DNA of 64,000 nucleotides, taken from Balanoglossus misakiensis (Eukaryota; Animalia; Hemichordata). Every line of letters starts with the position of its first letter. Position 1 is the first letter of the stretch. Location of the stretch: contig CM082594.2 of NCBI GenBank assembly GCA_040954595.2, forward strand, positions 4,449,319-4,513,318, given 5' to 3'. Both the position numbers and the translations under genes were made by a program. Under the pieces are notes generated by a model. That model ran no database searches, had not been told where the DNA came from, and saw only the letters and a program-made list of their open reading frames with translations. Shown here one piece after another: positions 28,130 through 40,300 of this stretch.

Positions 28130-31100
28130 TCAATCGGTCGAGTCCGACGGTGAGGGTTCTGTCGGCTGCTCGTTTGTTTGTTCTGTGGCTGCATTCTCAT
28201 TCGACGAGGCTGCAGTGGGTCCACTCTCCTCCAGTGATGCTGCGGCCGGTTCACTTTCCTCCGGTGGTGCAGGATCTGTATTTTCAGCGGGTTGGGGTGG
28301 TTGCTCGTCGGGGATCTCTCCGGGAAGGGCGCTTTTCACTTCGCCATTTTCTGCTTCCTTGTTTTCTTTCCCGGCTTCTTGCTGCGGTTGCTGTGCCTCC
28401 TGGTCGGAGTGGCTCGGTCCCTCCCCAGGATCATGATCCGGCACTTCGTACCATTTGCGCTGTTCGTCACTACCGGGCCCGTCCGGAGTCGCGGCTGGCG
28501 AGGCCTCGCCGGACGTCCCCGGTAGGTCTTGCGCCTCCCCCGTGGTGGGTTCGCCCGGTGGCAGATCCTGGAAGGCAGAATCCGCCTTGCCTTTGCCCTT
28601 CGATTTCGACATGTTCTCCCCCGCTATAATCGCCGGGATCTCGTCGAGGTGCTTGAGTTCGTCTCGCAGCTCGGCCGTCACGAAATCGTCCTCGTACGCC
28701 GGCGCCACTCGGTTGTGCCCGTAGCCCGGTGGCGGCGCTTCACCCCCGCTGTTGACCAATGGGATGTCGTCGTCGATCTCGTCGGCCTCCTCCATTCGAC
28801 GGAAGAACTTCGCCAGCCTGACGGCGAAAATTATGTTCAGCACGAAGAAGACCGTGACCCAGCCGTTACAGAACCAGAAAGCGTTGAACGGGTCCAGTAG
28901 GCCGCGGCAGACTGTGTTGAGCAAGTTTTTGATGAGATTGGCCATGGGAAGGCAACTGCCCAGTTCGTAGTAGACCATATACTCCACATAATCAATGAAC
29001 TGCGTCGTGTAACCGAACAACTTATTCTTGAACGTTTCAACTTCGCTGGCGATGACGTCATCTAGATTGTTATTAATGTAGTCGTCGGCGTTCTCTCCGG
29101 CCGCGATCGTGTCGTTGACGTCGCTGTCGATTGCGTCTGAATCGGTCTGAACTTGGTCCACGGCGGTTTTGACCGTGTCGCGGTCGGCGACCACCGGATC
29201 GACGCTGTCGGTCTGAAAGTCGCGAATCGTCGCCACCATGTCGGTGAAGGTGGTCTCGTACGCGCCGGGGAAGACGGACGAGTCGCCGGAGTGCGCGTCG
29301 ATGTAGGACTGCAGGTCGTCGGCGAAGTCGTTCAGGTCCTCGCCGTAGTCGATCAGGTCGGAGTTCAACTCCGTCTCGAAATCCGACCACGGGATTCCGG
29401 CCGCGTTGACGTCGCGCGCGTCCGCAAGGTTGTCTCGCGTGGTGGGAGACATGATGACAATTTGATCCGATATGTTGACTTTCAGCCCGGCGAACTGGTC
29501 GTCCGAAATGTACTGATCCACGTTCAACATGTCGGTCAGGTTTACCATGTTTTCCAGTTTGAAGGCCGTAAACGCCGCGGCGCCTTCTTCGCAGTCTTCG
29601 AGGATCCCGCTCATCGTCAGCGGAATGTCACCGTCTCCGAAGAGAATACTCGCCAGAAAGTACCCGTCGGTGCCGGGGATCGCGTCCGGTGTGTCGATGG
29701 TGTGGACGAACAAGTCGCCGGACACGACCGGCTCACAGACCAGCTTGTGAATGGGCGCGCCGATGATGAACGGAAATGACGTCAAGACCATGAAGAGGGT
29801 GGCGAAGATGAAGCACAGCCCGGCAGACGACATCAGCAGCAACCCGCCAATGTTTGATAGCATTCCGCGTTTGGTCGGCGCCACCCTGAAATTGGACCCG
29901 ATCACTCCAAATATCACGCCCAGGGTGTTTAGCACCACTACGGCCATGACAATCAGGTACAAACACAGCATGGCCAGGGAGCGATAGTCGTTGTATTCCT
30001 TCAACGGCGAAACCTCTTCGGAAATTGTGTTTCCGAACGACGAGCCCTCGGAAAGCGCCGAGTTCAAATTGTCGATCATCGGATCTAGACCGCCTTCGAT
30101 TTCATCGCTGAAGTCGCCGTAGCTGTCCATCAGGTCCCCGGCGGCCGAGACTGTCTCGTTATTGACGAGTTCCGGGATGTCTTCAAACTCTTGTTGTCCC
30201 TTTACAGCGTCCGACGCCAGATCGTTGTTAACGATATTCGTCAACGAGGTGATTTTGACGTCGACGACGGTGCGCGGATAGTAGCCGGGCCCGACGCCGG
30301 ACAAGGGCAGGTCGCTGAAATTCCGGCCTGCCACGAGCTGCGATGTGCTGGCCGTGTTCTGTGGGTCTTGCCCGGCGCTCGAGCAACCTCCAGCGCCGGC
30401 GCAGTCGCTGTACATGTCCTCCACGTCCTGCACCAGGGCGTCCAACGAAGCCGTGAGGGCGCTGTAATCCGCGTCCAAATCTGTCACCAGCGTGTTCAGC
30501 TCCTCCAGGCCGTCTCGGGTCTCTTCGATTGTGTCCGTCATGTCCAAGATGGCGTCGACGGCAGGGTCGATGTACGGCCGCAGCGCCTCCCGCACGGGCA
30601 CCCCAACCCCCGTCCCTACATTGAGCAGATCGTACAGCATCAAATCCAGCGTCCACATCGTCTGGTTGACGGCGACGAACAAGATCTCGTCGACGGTGTT
30701 GTTCACGAAGATCACCAGGTCATCCATGCTGTCGGCCACGTTCTCGCCGAAGTTCGTGAACTCCGAAGACTGGCGAGCGTTGACGTGGTACGCGCAGGCG
30801 CAGGCGGCGGCCAACATGGCGGTGATGACGGCCAGGATGACGACAAAAGTGAACACCTTGCAGCGCTCGTTGCCCGACTGCCTCTGGTACATCTTGCCGC
30901 CGCACTTTCCGCAGCAGAGCCGGCACGAACAGAAGCAGCAGGCGACGATCGGGAAGATGAAGAGGAACAACAGGCCAATCACGAAGCAGATGGCGAACCC
31001 GAACAGGAGGTCAGAAAACTCCATGATGTCGACATCGCTGACCTCGAACTCCCCGCCCATGGCGTCGGTTATGAGATCGTACGGGACCTCCCCCGGGGAG

Positions 31101-31324
31101 ACGACCCGAATCCAGGTGTTCACCATGGACCACGTGGTGGGCAGTGGCGCCTCTCCCTCGTCGTATTCATCCGGGCTGTTGTAGGACACACCCGACGGCG
31201 GATCCTTCCAGGTGATGACGCCGCTTCCGTTGACGGAGTTCTCGGATGCGGCGCTCACGCAGGTGTTTCCCAGCGCGACCAGGCAGAGAAGCAGCGTGCT
31301 GGTCAAACGCAGTGGGCACGTCAT
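28130..31324 (-). CDS. PROM1: Prominin (CD133-family 5-TM protein) A; single coding exon; 1064 aa with acidic C-terminal extension
   Basis: Continuous GC-rich ORF with first ATG at 31324 (the track starts at a TTG, 31330). Signal peptide, Cys cluster after TM1 (CCFCSCRLCCGKCGG), PTKRG-SN-GG-LM motif, two large extracellular loops, LDPFNAFWF...FAVRLAKFFRRM. A splice acceptor (tttttgttccatcccag) ends at 31359, 34 nt upstream of the ATG. Confidence 0.95.
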   Translation of the reverse strand: MTCPLRLTSTLLLCLVALGNTCVSAASENSVNGSGVITWKDPPSGVSYNSPDEYDEGEAPLPTTWSMVNTWIRVVSPGEVPYDLITDAMGGEFEVSDVDIMEFSDLLFGFAICFVIGLLFLFIFPIVACCFCSCRLCCGKCGGKMYQRQSGNERCKVFTFVVILAVITAMLAAACACAYHVNARQSSEFTNFGENVADSMDDLVIFVNNTVDEILFVAVNQTMWTLDLMLYDLLNVGTGVGVPVREALRPYIDPAVDAILDMTDTIEETRDGLEELNTLVTDLDADYSALTASLDALVQDVEDMYSDCAGAGGCSSAGQDPQNTASTSQLVAGRNFSDLPLSGVGPGYYPRTVVDVKITSLTNIVNNDLASDAVKGQQEFEDIPELVNNETVSAAGDLMDSYGDFSDEIEGGLDPMIDNLNSALSEGSSFGNTISEEVSPLKEYNDYRSLAMLCLYLIVMAVVVLNTLGVIFGVIGSNFRVAPTKRGMLSNIGGLLLMSSAGLCFIFATLFMVLTSFPFIIGAPIHKLVCEPVVSGDLFVHTIDTPDAIPGTDGYFLASILFGDGDIPLTMSGILEDCEEGAAAFTAFKLENMVNLTDMLNVDQYISDDQFAGLKVNISDQIVIMSPTTRDNLADARDVNAAGIPWSDFETELNSDLIDYGEDLNDFADDLQSYIDAHSGDSSVFPGAYETTFTDMVATIRDFQTDSVDPVVADRDTVKTAVDQVQTDSDAIDSDVNDTIAAGENADDYINNNLDDVIASEVETFKNKLFGYTTQFIDYVEYMVYYELGSCLPMANLIKNLLNTVCRGLLDPFNAFWFCNGWVTVFFVLNIIFAVRLAKFFRRMEEADEIDDDIPLVNSGGEAPPPGYGHNRVAPAYEDDFVTAELRDELKHLDEIPAIIAGENMSKSKGKGKADSAFQDLPPGEPTTGEAQDLPGTSGEASPAATPDGPGSDEQRKWYEVPDHDPGEGPSHSDQEAQQPQQEAGKENKEAENGEVKSALPGEIPDEQPPQPAENTDPAPPEESEPAAASLEESGPTAASSNENAATEQTNEQPTEPSPSDSTD

Positions 31325-34300
31325 GTTCAAGTTGAGGCAGGTGGCTAAACGTCAGTATCTGGGATGGAACAAAAACACTTTGAGTTAAATTTCGTGTGTG
31401 CTGCATCTCATGCAAGAGTGAAAGGGTCGGTGCAATTACAGAGTGACTGTGGTGCAATTAAACGTGGAGTGACGTTGTAGGCCTAATTGCACACACACAC
31501 GGCAGTAATTAAAGAGTTAGTGGCCGACTGTGAAAAGAACTTCAGTGCCAAAGACAATGAAGGGGAATTAAAGTTTCAATATGGTAATGCGTTATTCAAC
31601 TGGAATTTTGGTTTCCACTTTGGGACGTCCGTCTTTTTCGAACCCAACTATTACCACCATAAACTGATATTAATAAAAAGAATGAGCTCAAGGCGCCATG
31701 GGTTTATGTGGGATGCGGTGGAGGGGGTTTAATGGTGCCCGTGGAACGGTCAGTGGTTGCAGCTGATGGTTTCGAAATGTCAGTGCCGTCCTCCGCCAAA
31801 TTTCCCCTAATGCTGTGATACAAAAACCGTCGCTATACTTGCACTGAGCGAGGCACCAACCGTATTAAATATATGTTCCCGATTTTGGTCTTTCTTGCCC
31901 GACCTTGTCGGTTACAAGATTGCCAATTATAGCTGGCGTTTTTGAGAGGCAGAAAATGTGTATTTCAACACCAAAAGTAATCAAAACCAATCGATGGAAA
32001 AGACCACGACCGCGACTGAGCCAGGTTGGTGCTTTGATGGAATGATGTATCCCTAGAACGAATGAAGTTGTTCAGTTCATGTCTATGCTCGAGAACTTAC
32101 CTTTAGTGGCCGAATATTAATAATGGTGCCCTGTAAAGCGTCCCATTCAACAGCAAGACCTCATTTTACTGGGTACATCCAGAGATCAAAAATCGACGAA
32201 CTGCCGAGGTTCACGAACTAAACAGTCCGTCAGTCTATCGAAGATATATGCTACCGACTGTTTTCAGAAGTCGGCGATACCTACGTCACGGCCGCCTTTA
32301 ATTATTCATGGTCATTGGCAACCATAATAAACCAAAACAACGTAATCAATACCAAGTGACAACATCTTTGTCGTTTGCTTTATTTCGAAACCAGGTGAGA
32401 TGAATTATTCATAGATATCTCCCTAATCGATGGTGGGCTTTGTAAGTTGTTTCCAAATTAAGCACAACCTCCGAAGTCGTCCATGGAAATAATGTGCAAG
32501 TGTAATTTGAAAGGGTTTGACGCCCTCACGGTTCTACTCTTCACCATTTCTTTATAATAATTATTGCTAGACAACTTTGAGATATAAAATGTGCGTTTTA
32601 AAATATACACGTGTGTATATTTACTTTAAGTTGAAATTCAAATCATCAGAGTGGTTGAATTCATTCAGAATTAATGTCGGCAATGATCTTTTCACGCGGG
32701 TCGGCATAGCGACGCAGGTCCGTCGCTGCCAATGTTTGTATGACGTCATAGTTACTGCTAAAAGAGCTCATGCAAAGGATTTGTATCATTTGAATAATCA
32801 TATGGGCAGTTTATTTTGACCAGAAATTTCGCACGATTTGTGATACCGGTGGTCTCAGAGGACTAATTGACGCTGACAGTTGAGGGCAGGTGTGACAAAG
32901 GGAGTGAAATCGTTAATGCCACTCACGGCCGGTCAACTCATTATCGATTGTCTGTACGCCTCTCTGTTTTAGATAATATGCAGTTCAGAGATCACCACAT
33001 AAACTAAACGGCGAGGATTCCGAGGTAAAATACATGCGAACAGAGCTCAGGGAGTAACGTGGGTTTGTTTCGTCTTTTGATATGAGCCAAAGATGTGGAC
33101 TGGTATATTGGATTCAACTGATATAGCGCCTCCATTGTTCGTTTTTTTTCTGACTGCCTCTTGTGAATGTGTTTGTATGATAATGAATGCACATACACTT
33201 CAGTAGAGTATAGTATTTCGAGTGTCACTCATATCACACAAAAACCACACATAGTACAGATAAAGCTAAAATTAATCTTTATTTAAAATCTTGTGTAAAT
33301 GCAAAAAACGCCAATCCACTTAAATGTTCTTGTTGTAGTAATCCGGAGTTGCTTGGTTTCCCAAAAGAACAGAACAAAAAGACCGTAAAAATAATAAATG
33401 TGTACAACCCGTACAATAAATTCAACGCTAAAGCTCTTCTTCATAACGATGCTAAAACGACATAGACGTCTCGGTCTTTGGTGTAAACGCCTAAAAATCA
33501 TTGATTTCTTTTTAATACTGAAAGTGCCAGAGCCCCCACACTCATTTCCCTGACAACATTTAAAAACAGATCAGTAATCAAATTGAACGATCGGACGGAA
33601 TTATTTATTTTCTGTGACGTAATCGCTAAGAGAGCGCTGCAATTCACTCGCCGAGTTGGCCAAGTTTCAAATGATATTTTTTTCACTCGTTTAACTTTGT
33701 CCGACTAGCAAAAATCTCTCGTTAAAATAAACGTTGACAAAAAGGTGGCCAATCACTGAAAATCTGTGATTGGCTGGATCTCAACGCCAAGGCCCCTGTG
33801 GCTAACTTTGCATACTTAACCACTTTAAACCAATCACATAAAAATAAAAAGTAAAGTCGTGCATGTAACATGCAGAACACCATGAAGAACTGTCCTGCCT
33901 ATATTAATGCTAATTTAGAAGTCCAAGCGTCCTATTGGCAAGTCTTATACCACAGAAAAATATTGTTCCTCTATTTGTTAAAATTATTATGATCATATCC
34001 AACAGACGGGTATGTCGTGTGTAATACCGTTAGCCGTTGCACTCTGTACTGTGTACCCCTTGTTGGCATATAGTTGCACGAGCCACGTATTTAATATATT
34101 CATTTCGAATCTCAGATTCTCCAGGTTCAAGGTTCAATATAATTTAAAACAAATTAATACCCTGCTATATATGTACAAAAAAAACATGCATCTATTTTAT
34201 CCTTGTTTGGATGCGAGCAGTCATAGAAAGTGCCAAGTAAAAAGAAAAACATTTCGTGCAGTACTTAATTCCAGTGTGTATTTACACAACAGTAGTATAA

Positions 34301-34337
34301 AGATTTCAAACAATAAAAAGTATTTACAGTACTCATG

Positions 34338-34643
34338 ATACATACATACATACATACATACATACATACATACATACATACATACATACATACATACATA
34401 CATACATACATACATACGTACGTACGTACATATGTACATACGTACATACATACATACATACATACATACATACATACATACATACATACATACATACATA
34501 CATACATACATACATACATACATACATACATACATACATACATACATACATACATACATACATACATACATACATACATACATACATACATACATACATA
34601 CATACATACATACATACATACATACATACATACATACATACAT
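34338..34643. repeat. (ATAC)n microsatellite about 90 bp downstream of the prominin B stop
   Basis: Direct reading of the sequence. Confidence 0.97.
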
Positions 34644-34733
34644 AAAATTGAGTTCAAGCCTATTGTCGGCAAATTGTCATCTCTCCACCCATTTCTTCGT
34701 CCGTCATCTTTTATTTGTTTGATTGGGTGTTTT

Positions 34734-37388
34734 TTAAATGTTTGAGACAACGTTAGGCCTAACTTTGTTATTGCCGTACTTCTCGTACGGAGGGGGTCTG
34801 TCGTGGCCATTTCTCATCGGCTTCATCTCCACGCCGTCGTCAAGTTGGTCCTCTTCTTTCATTCGACGGAAGTACTTGGCGAGCTTCACGCTGAAGACAA
34901 TGCTTGGTATGAAGAAGAAGACGCACCATCCCATGGCAAACCAGAAGCCGTTGAAGGCGTCCAACACGCTGCGGCAGACCGTGTTGAACAGGTTCTCGAT
35001 CAGGTTGTACACGGGGCGGCATTTCCCGATCTCGCTGTCGATCATGTCGTTGACGTAGACCACGAACTGGTCGACGTAGCCGAGGAGCCTGGACTGGAAC
35101 CGGTCCACCTCGCTCTGCACCACGGCGTTCAGGCTGTTGCCGATGTAGTCGTCGGCATCGCGCCCGGTCAGAATTGTTGTGTTCACGGCCACCTCGATGG
35201 TGGCCGAGTCGTTCTGGACAGTCGCCAGGAGCGCTTTGACGGCGTCGCGCTCGGCGATGATCGCGTCGAGTGTGTTGGTCTGGAAGGCGCGAATCTCTGC
35301 GACCATGTCGACGAACAGAGTATCGTACGGTGTAGGCAGGTCAGCTGGGTTAGCATCGATGTAGCTCTGCAAGTCATCCGCGAAAAGCGCCAGATTCTCC
35401 CCGTAGTCGACCAAATCCGAATCCAATTCGTTTTCGAAGTCCGTCCACGGCAGGTCGGCGGCGTTGGCGTCCCTGGCATCGGCCAGATTGTCCTCCGTTT
35501 CGGATGACATAATCTGAATCTGATTGGAGATGTTCACTTTCAAGTTGCTGAACTGGTCTGTCGAAATGTACTGATCGATATTCAGCATTTCGGTGATGTT
35601 GACCAGATTCTCCAGCTGGAACGACGTGTACGCCGCGCCATTCTGCTCACAGTCGCCGAGAATTCCGGTCATAGTCAGAGAAATGTCGCCGTTCTGAAAC
35701 AGCGTGCTGCCGAGGAAGTACCCGTCCGTGCCCGGTATAGCACCTGGTTTGTCTATAGTTTCGGCGAAGACGTCGCCCGACAGTATCGGTTGGCAGACGA
35801 ATTTCTGCAAGGGGCCGCCGACGGCGAACGGTATCGTGGTGACCAGCATGAAGAGACACGCGAATATGAAGCAAATTCCGGCCGAGGCCATGAGGAGGAG
35901 CCCCCCGCAGTTGGACACGCCGCCCCGCTGAGTTGGCGTCGCCGCCTTGTCGTGGCCGAGGAGGCCGAAGAAGCAGCCGAGGATGTTGAGCACTACTATC
36001 AACAGCGAAATGCAGCACATCCCGAGGACAGCGTAACCGCGGTACGCGTCGTAGTCGACGAGGTACGAGGCGTACGTCGTTATGGTGTTTCGGAACGGGT
36101 TGATTTGCGACGACAGCGTGTTCAGGTTGCTGATCATCGGGTCCAGACCGCCCTCTATCCGGCTGCTGAAGTCGCCGAAACTGGACGTCAAGTCGCCAAC
36201 CGCGGCGTCGGTCTCGTTCTGCACCAAGTCCGGGATGTTTTCGAACTCGGTGCGGCCTTTCTCGGCCTCGGACGCCAGGTCGTTGTCGATGACGTCGGAC
36301 AGGAGGGTGATCTTTCCGTCAACGAGAAGCCGCGGGTAGTACCCTGGGCCCGCGAGGGTCACCGGCAGGTCGCTGAAATCCCTGCTGGCGATCAGCAGAG
36401 TCGTGTTTGCTGTAATTTGTGGGTCGTTCGAGCAGCCCGTGGCAAGGGTGCAGTTTGTATACAGATCCTCAATGTCCTGCTTTAACGCCGACAGCAGCGA
36501 ATCAAAAGTAATGTAACTTGTGTTGAGGGATGCCGATAGATCATTTAAGTCGTCCAACCCATCCCGTGTGTCCTCAATGACATCCACCATATCCAATATG
36601 GCGTCCAGAGCCGGGTCGATGTACGGCTGCAGTGCCTCGCGCACGGGCACGCCCACCGTCGTCCCTACGTTGTTCAGGTCGCTCTCGATCAACCCGAACG
36701 TCCAGTTCGACTGGGTGACGGCCACGAAGAGTATCTCGTCCGCCGTGTTGTTGACGTAGGCCACGACGTCGTCCATGCTCTTGGCGATGTTGTCGCCGAC
36801 GCTGGGGAATTCCGACGCCTGTCTGTCGTTCACGAAGTAGGCGCAGGCGGAGCCGCCCGCTATGACGGCGGTGACGCAGAACAGAATGATCGCGAGGGCG
36901 GCCATCTTGCAGCGCATGTTGCCGCTCTCCTTCTGGTACATCTTGCCGCCGCATTTCCCGCAGCAGGTGCGGCAGGCGCAGAAGCAAATGCACACGATGG
37001 GGAAGATCAGCAGAAACAGCAACCCGATCACTATGCAGATCCCGAATCCCAGCAAGATGTCCAAGTACTTCGTAAAGTTGCCCGTCAGGTCGGTGATCGC
37101 GAAGTTCCCACCCAGCGCGTCGGTGATGACTCCGTAGGGTATATCTCCCGGGGCGATCAACTTGATCCAACCTTCGATCATGTCCCAGAGAGTGGGCAGC
37201 GGGGACGAACCCTCGTCGTAGCTGTCCGGGGACTGGTAGGCGAAGTCCGGCGACGGGAGGTCCCGCCAGGTTATGTTTCCGTCACTGCCCACGGAATTTA
37301 CAATTCCCGCTTCTGCCGTCAAGCTGCCCGTACGCGGTGACAAAACCAGCGCAAAAACCGTCAGCATCCCTAAATACAGCGACTTCAT
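34734..37388 (-). CDS. PROM1: Prominin B; single coding exon; 884 aa
   Basis: Continuous ORF colinear with prominin A. Motifs CICFCACRTCCGKCGG, PTQRGGVSNCGGLLLMA, LDAFNGFWF, SVKLAKYFRRM; tail RPPPYEKYGNNKVRPNVVSNI*. Strong acceptor (tcttattttgcttttcacag) ends at 37411, 22 nt upstream of the ATG. Confidence 0.95.
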   Translation of the reverse strand: MKSLYLGMLTVFALVLSPRTGSLTAEAGIVNSVGSDGNITWRDLPSPDFAYQSPDSYDEGSSPLPTLWDMIEGWIKLIAPGDIPYGVITDALGGNFAITDLTGNFTKYLDILLGFGICIVIGLLFLLIFPIVCICFCACRTCCGKCGGKMYQKESGNMRCKMAALAIILFCVTAVIAGGSACAYFVNDRQASEFPSVGDNIAKSMDDVVAYVNNTADEILFVAVTQSNWTFGLIESDLNNVGTTVGVPVREALQPYIDPALDAILDMVDVIEDTRDGLDDLNDLSASLNTSYITFDSLLSALKQDIEDLYTNCTLATGCSNDPQITANTTLLIASRDFSDLPVTLAGPGYYPRLLVDGKITLLSDVIDNDLASEAEKGRTEFENIPDLVQNETDAAVGDLTSSFGDFSSRIEGGLDPMISNLNTLSSQINPFRNTITTYASYLVDYDAYRGYAVLGMCCISLLIVVLNILGCFFGLLGHDKAATPTQRGGVSNCGGLLLMASAGICFIFACLFMLVTTIPFAVGGPLQKFVCQPILSGDVFAETIDKPGAIPGTDGYFLGSTLFQNGDISLTMTGILGDCEQNGAAYTSFQLENLVNITEMLNIDQYISTDQFSNLKVNISNQIQIMSSETEDNLADARDANAADLPWTDFENELDSDLVDYGENLALFADDLQSYIDANPADLPTPYDTLFVDMVAEIRAFQTNTLDAIIAERDAVKALLATVQNDSATIEVAVNTTILTGRDADDYIGNSLNAVVQSEVDRFQSRLLGYVDQFVVYVNDMIDSEIGKCRPVYNLIENLFNTVCRSVLDAFNGFWFAMGWCVFFFIPSIVFSVKLAKYFRRMKEEDQLDDGVEMKPMRNGHDRPPPYEKYGNNKVRPNVVSNI

Positions 37389-40300
37389 TTTGTTCGGCGC
37401 CTCTCTTAGTCTGTGAAAAGCAAAATAAGATCGAACAATCAGATGTCGTTTGCCGGTGGTTATGCTTTCGCCATACTAAAATTATCCGTCATTTTATACC
37501 CCCCCCCCCCCCTCCTCCTCCCCATGTCAGTCAATTTCCACCTGGGGGAATCGGGGCTATGATTCGTTGAAATACAAAAACGCATACTTCCCAACAACCT
37601 ACAGGCGGCGAAGTGGGGGCTCACAGCAACCCACTATCGTCATGATCGCAACAAATCCAATATTTATTTATTAGCCAGGACTGTGAAACACACCTTTACA
37701 GTTTGGTAAATCTGTAGCGCAACAGTCATTTGGTAATAAAGACATTTACAGTCTGTTGCCCATGTGTGACACAATATTGAAAACTGCCAACGTCACCCTT
37801 CCAATTGGCGAAAACACACACATCTATTCGGCTTTGTGGCGACACTGGGTCCCATTTCATTTAGAAAGCAAATCACTCGGATAACGAAATTGGATACTGT
37901 TATTTCGTTCAACGTTCTTCAGACTACTCAACGATGCATTGATCACATCACTCACAACTTTCGCGCCTCGGGGCGACCAGTGGAAACGATCGCACAGATT
38001 ACGCATACATTACATCTCCGGTTTCAAATACAATGAGCGGCCATTTTTGAAGCTTGAAAGTCTACTTCAATAAATGGTCGATATTTTCACCGAAATGTAA
38101 TATTTTTTTCCGGGTGGTTGTTTACAGAACGTACTATGATGCCTGTCGGTTTACACTGCAGCATCAGTGCTTGGGGTAATCCGTTTACAAACACGGAAGT
38201 CTGGCCTCAGACGAAGCGAATATTTTCTCTCTCTCTGTGGTCAGGCCTTACCCTAACCATAGGTACTCTAAGTATCGGTTGTCCGAGAATCAGCAAAATT
38301 CAGTGCAGTTGCGCGGCAACTTTCCCCACATATTAGATGTAGCGCCCCCCCCCCCCTCTCCTACCTTGTGATATGGTTTGGTCAAGCCAGTAGCAACATC
38401 TGGTGTGTCTCTATTTGAATTTGGTGAGCGCAGATTTGCTGATATTTTAATCATTTCACGACTAACACCTTGTTGTTCTATAAAGTGTTCACCGTGACGC
38501 ACTATAGGGCTTAACGCGATCCACTAACAATTGGCTCATTTTCCGGGGTGGGTTTTCAGTTAACTCCCCGCGGAGCTCGCTCGCCCTCTCAAACAGTCAC
38601 GCCGAAATAATATAAAACATGAGTAATTACTTAAATCACAGGCTTGGTCCAGAGTCCGGGCTTGGATCAAAATTTAATAAGCACAATATCGTGTACATGT
38701 TTGTGTTAAGGAACAATTAATAATCATTTCAGTGGGGAATAAAGATGATTTATAGGTTCGGGATTATAAGGGAAAGCCAACTTAATTCCAGCGGGGGAAA
38801 CGAAGCTCAGCCCGCTGAAATTATAATCTTGATACGTCGTACAGGTATACATCTGTGAAATAAAATTCATTCATACTGTTCACTTGACAGGTCTGGTATG
38901 TTGATATGAGTGGCAACCAAACTTTGTTGGCATTTACGACTGGAGTGGGCTACTGGTTTAATGGTGATTTTTATTGCAGTTTACCATGATTCAGTCACAT
39001 AAGTGTTAACGCGAAGCCTGTCCGAGTCTACACGAACAATCGATATCTGTCAAATCCGATTTGGCCGTAATCACCTGGAGAAGTCATTTTAATCCCCTGT
39101 CTATAAAAATTGTTCGGTTCACCTTCGTTTCAAGTTTGTCCTTTATTTTGAAATTTGCATTTTCATTATTATAGGGCGCGTAAGCCCCCTTTCCAAAACA
39201 TTCTTTGATAGACGGGATTGTCTGTCACTTATGTGGAATTTTGGTATGTGCGTTGTTGATGTTTGTTTGTTCTGGTTGCTACCTGTTGACGAAAAGCTGC
39301 CAAATGCCATTGTTCGAAATAGTTCGCTCTGTGAAAGTAATTTGGCCGTTTTATGAGATCCGGGCCATCACATTGGTCGAAAACTGTTATTGTCGTATCC
39401 CCCTTTTTCACATTTAATTAAGATTTCTGTCAGATTGAACGGAAAGGGGTAAATTGCTTGAGCAAAGATGAAAAACGCCGCACGTCACGATATTACCTGT
39501 GTGCCAGAAACAATGGCGGGATAATTGGTTTTTCTTTCCGCAATCTTCTGCGGTAGTCTTTACCGTCCAATGCCCATGGTGATCGATAAACAAATGGCGG
39601 TTGAATAAAGACCTGGCCACTCACCGTTTTACAGCGTTACGCAACTTCAAAAGGTCGCCTGAATATTGCGCGCCTCGGTGCTCGACTGAACGTGCTCAGT
39701 CCGCGGATAAACGTGTTGACGTCACCAATCCATGCACACGAGGCCGACAACTCGACAGCGTTCACGTCACAATTGCGTTGACGCGCTGTAAATTCTCCAC
39801 CCCCGAATTTGCCTAATGTCTGTGTTTTACTGGTCTGTTTACTGTTACACTTCACTCGGTTACCCAAAGGTCACATGGCTGGGCTGTGATTACAATTCAG
39901 TGTGACTTTTCGGATTGCGGGAGACAACTGATCATCTTGCTTCTTTGTCTAAAAGATAAAACGGACCATCTCTTTGCTGACCAGTCTATTTTTAAACGAA
40001 TAATAACGCTACTTTCTCGCGCTACTCGCCCTAAGCTGATAAGCGGTGACCTTATGGTTACTAATGATTCTGACCGAATTGGTCACATTCCAGTGGGTCT
40101 GACCATACGTCCATGGTCTGACCACATGTCAGAAACGCGAATGTGGAAATCTGTTCAATTGACCATACAGCGAAAATTGAATGGCGCGTGAGTCATTGAA
40201 ATGAGAACACGTTTACGATAGGCAACTCGGTGAAGTGGCAGATATGGGTCGTTGAAATCGAAGAGGGGTGTCAGACCTACCTCCTCGTTGAATCCGGGTT

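Noticed and set aside
29073-37170. Long antisense and alternative-frame ORFs over the prominins (e.g. 30191-31348, 385 aa)
   Set aside because: Expected shadows of GC3-rich coding sequence with few antisense stops.
28130-37388. Prominin ORFs as horizontally acquired or bacterial contamination because they are intronless and GC-rich
   Set aside because: Prominin is a eukaryotic family, both ORFs have spliceosomal acceptors upstream, and exons of neighbouring genes are also GC-elevated.
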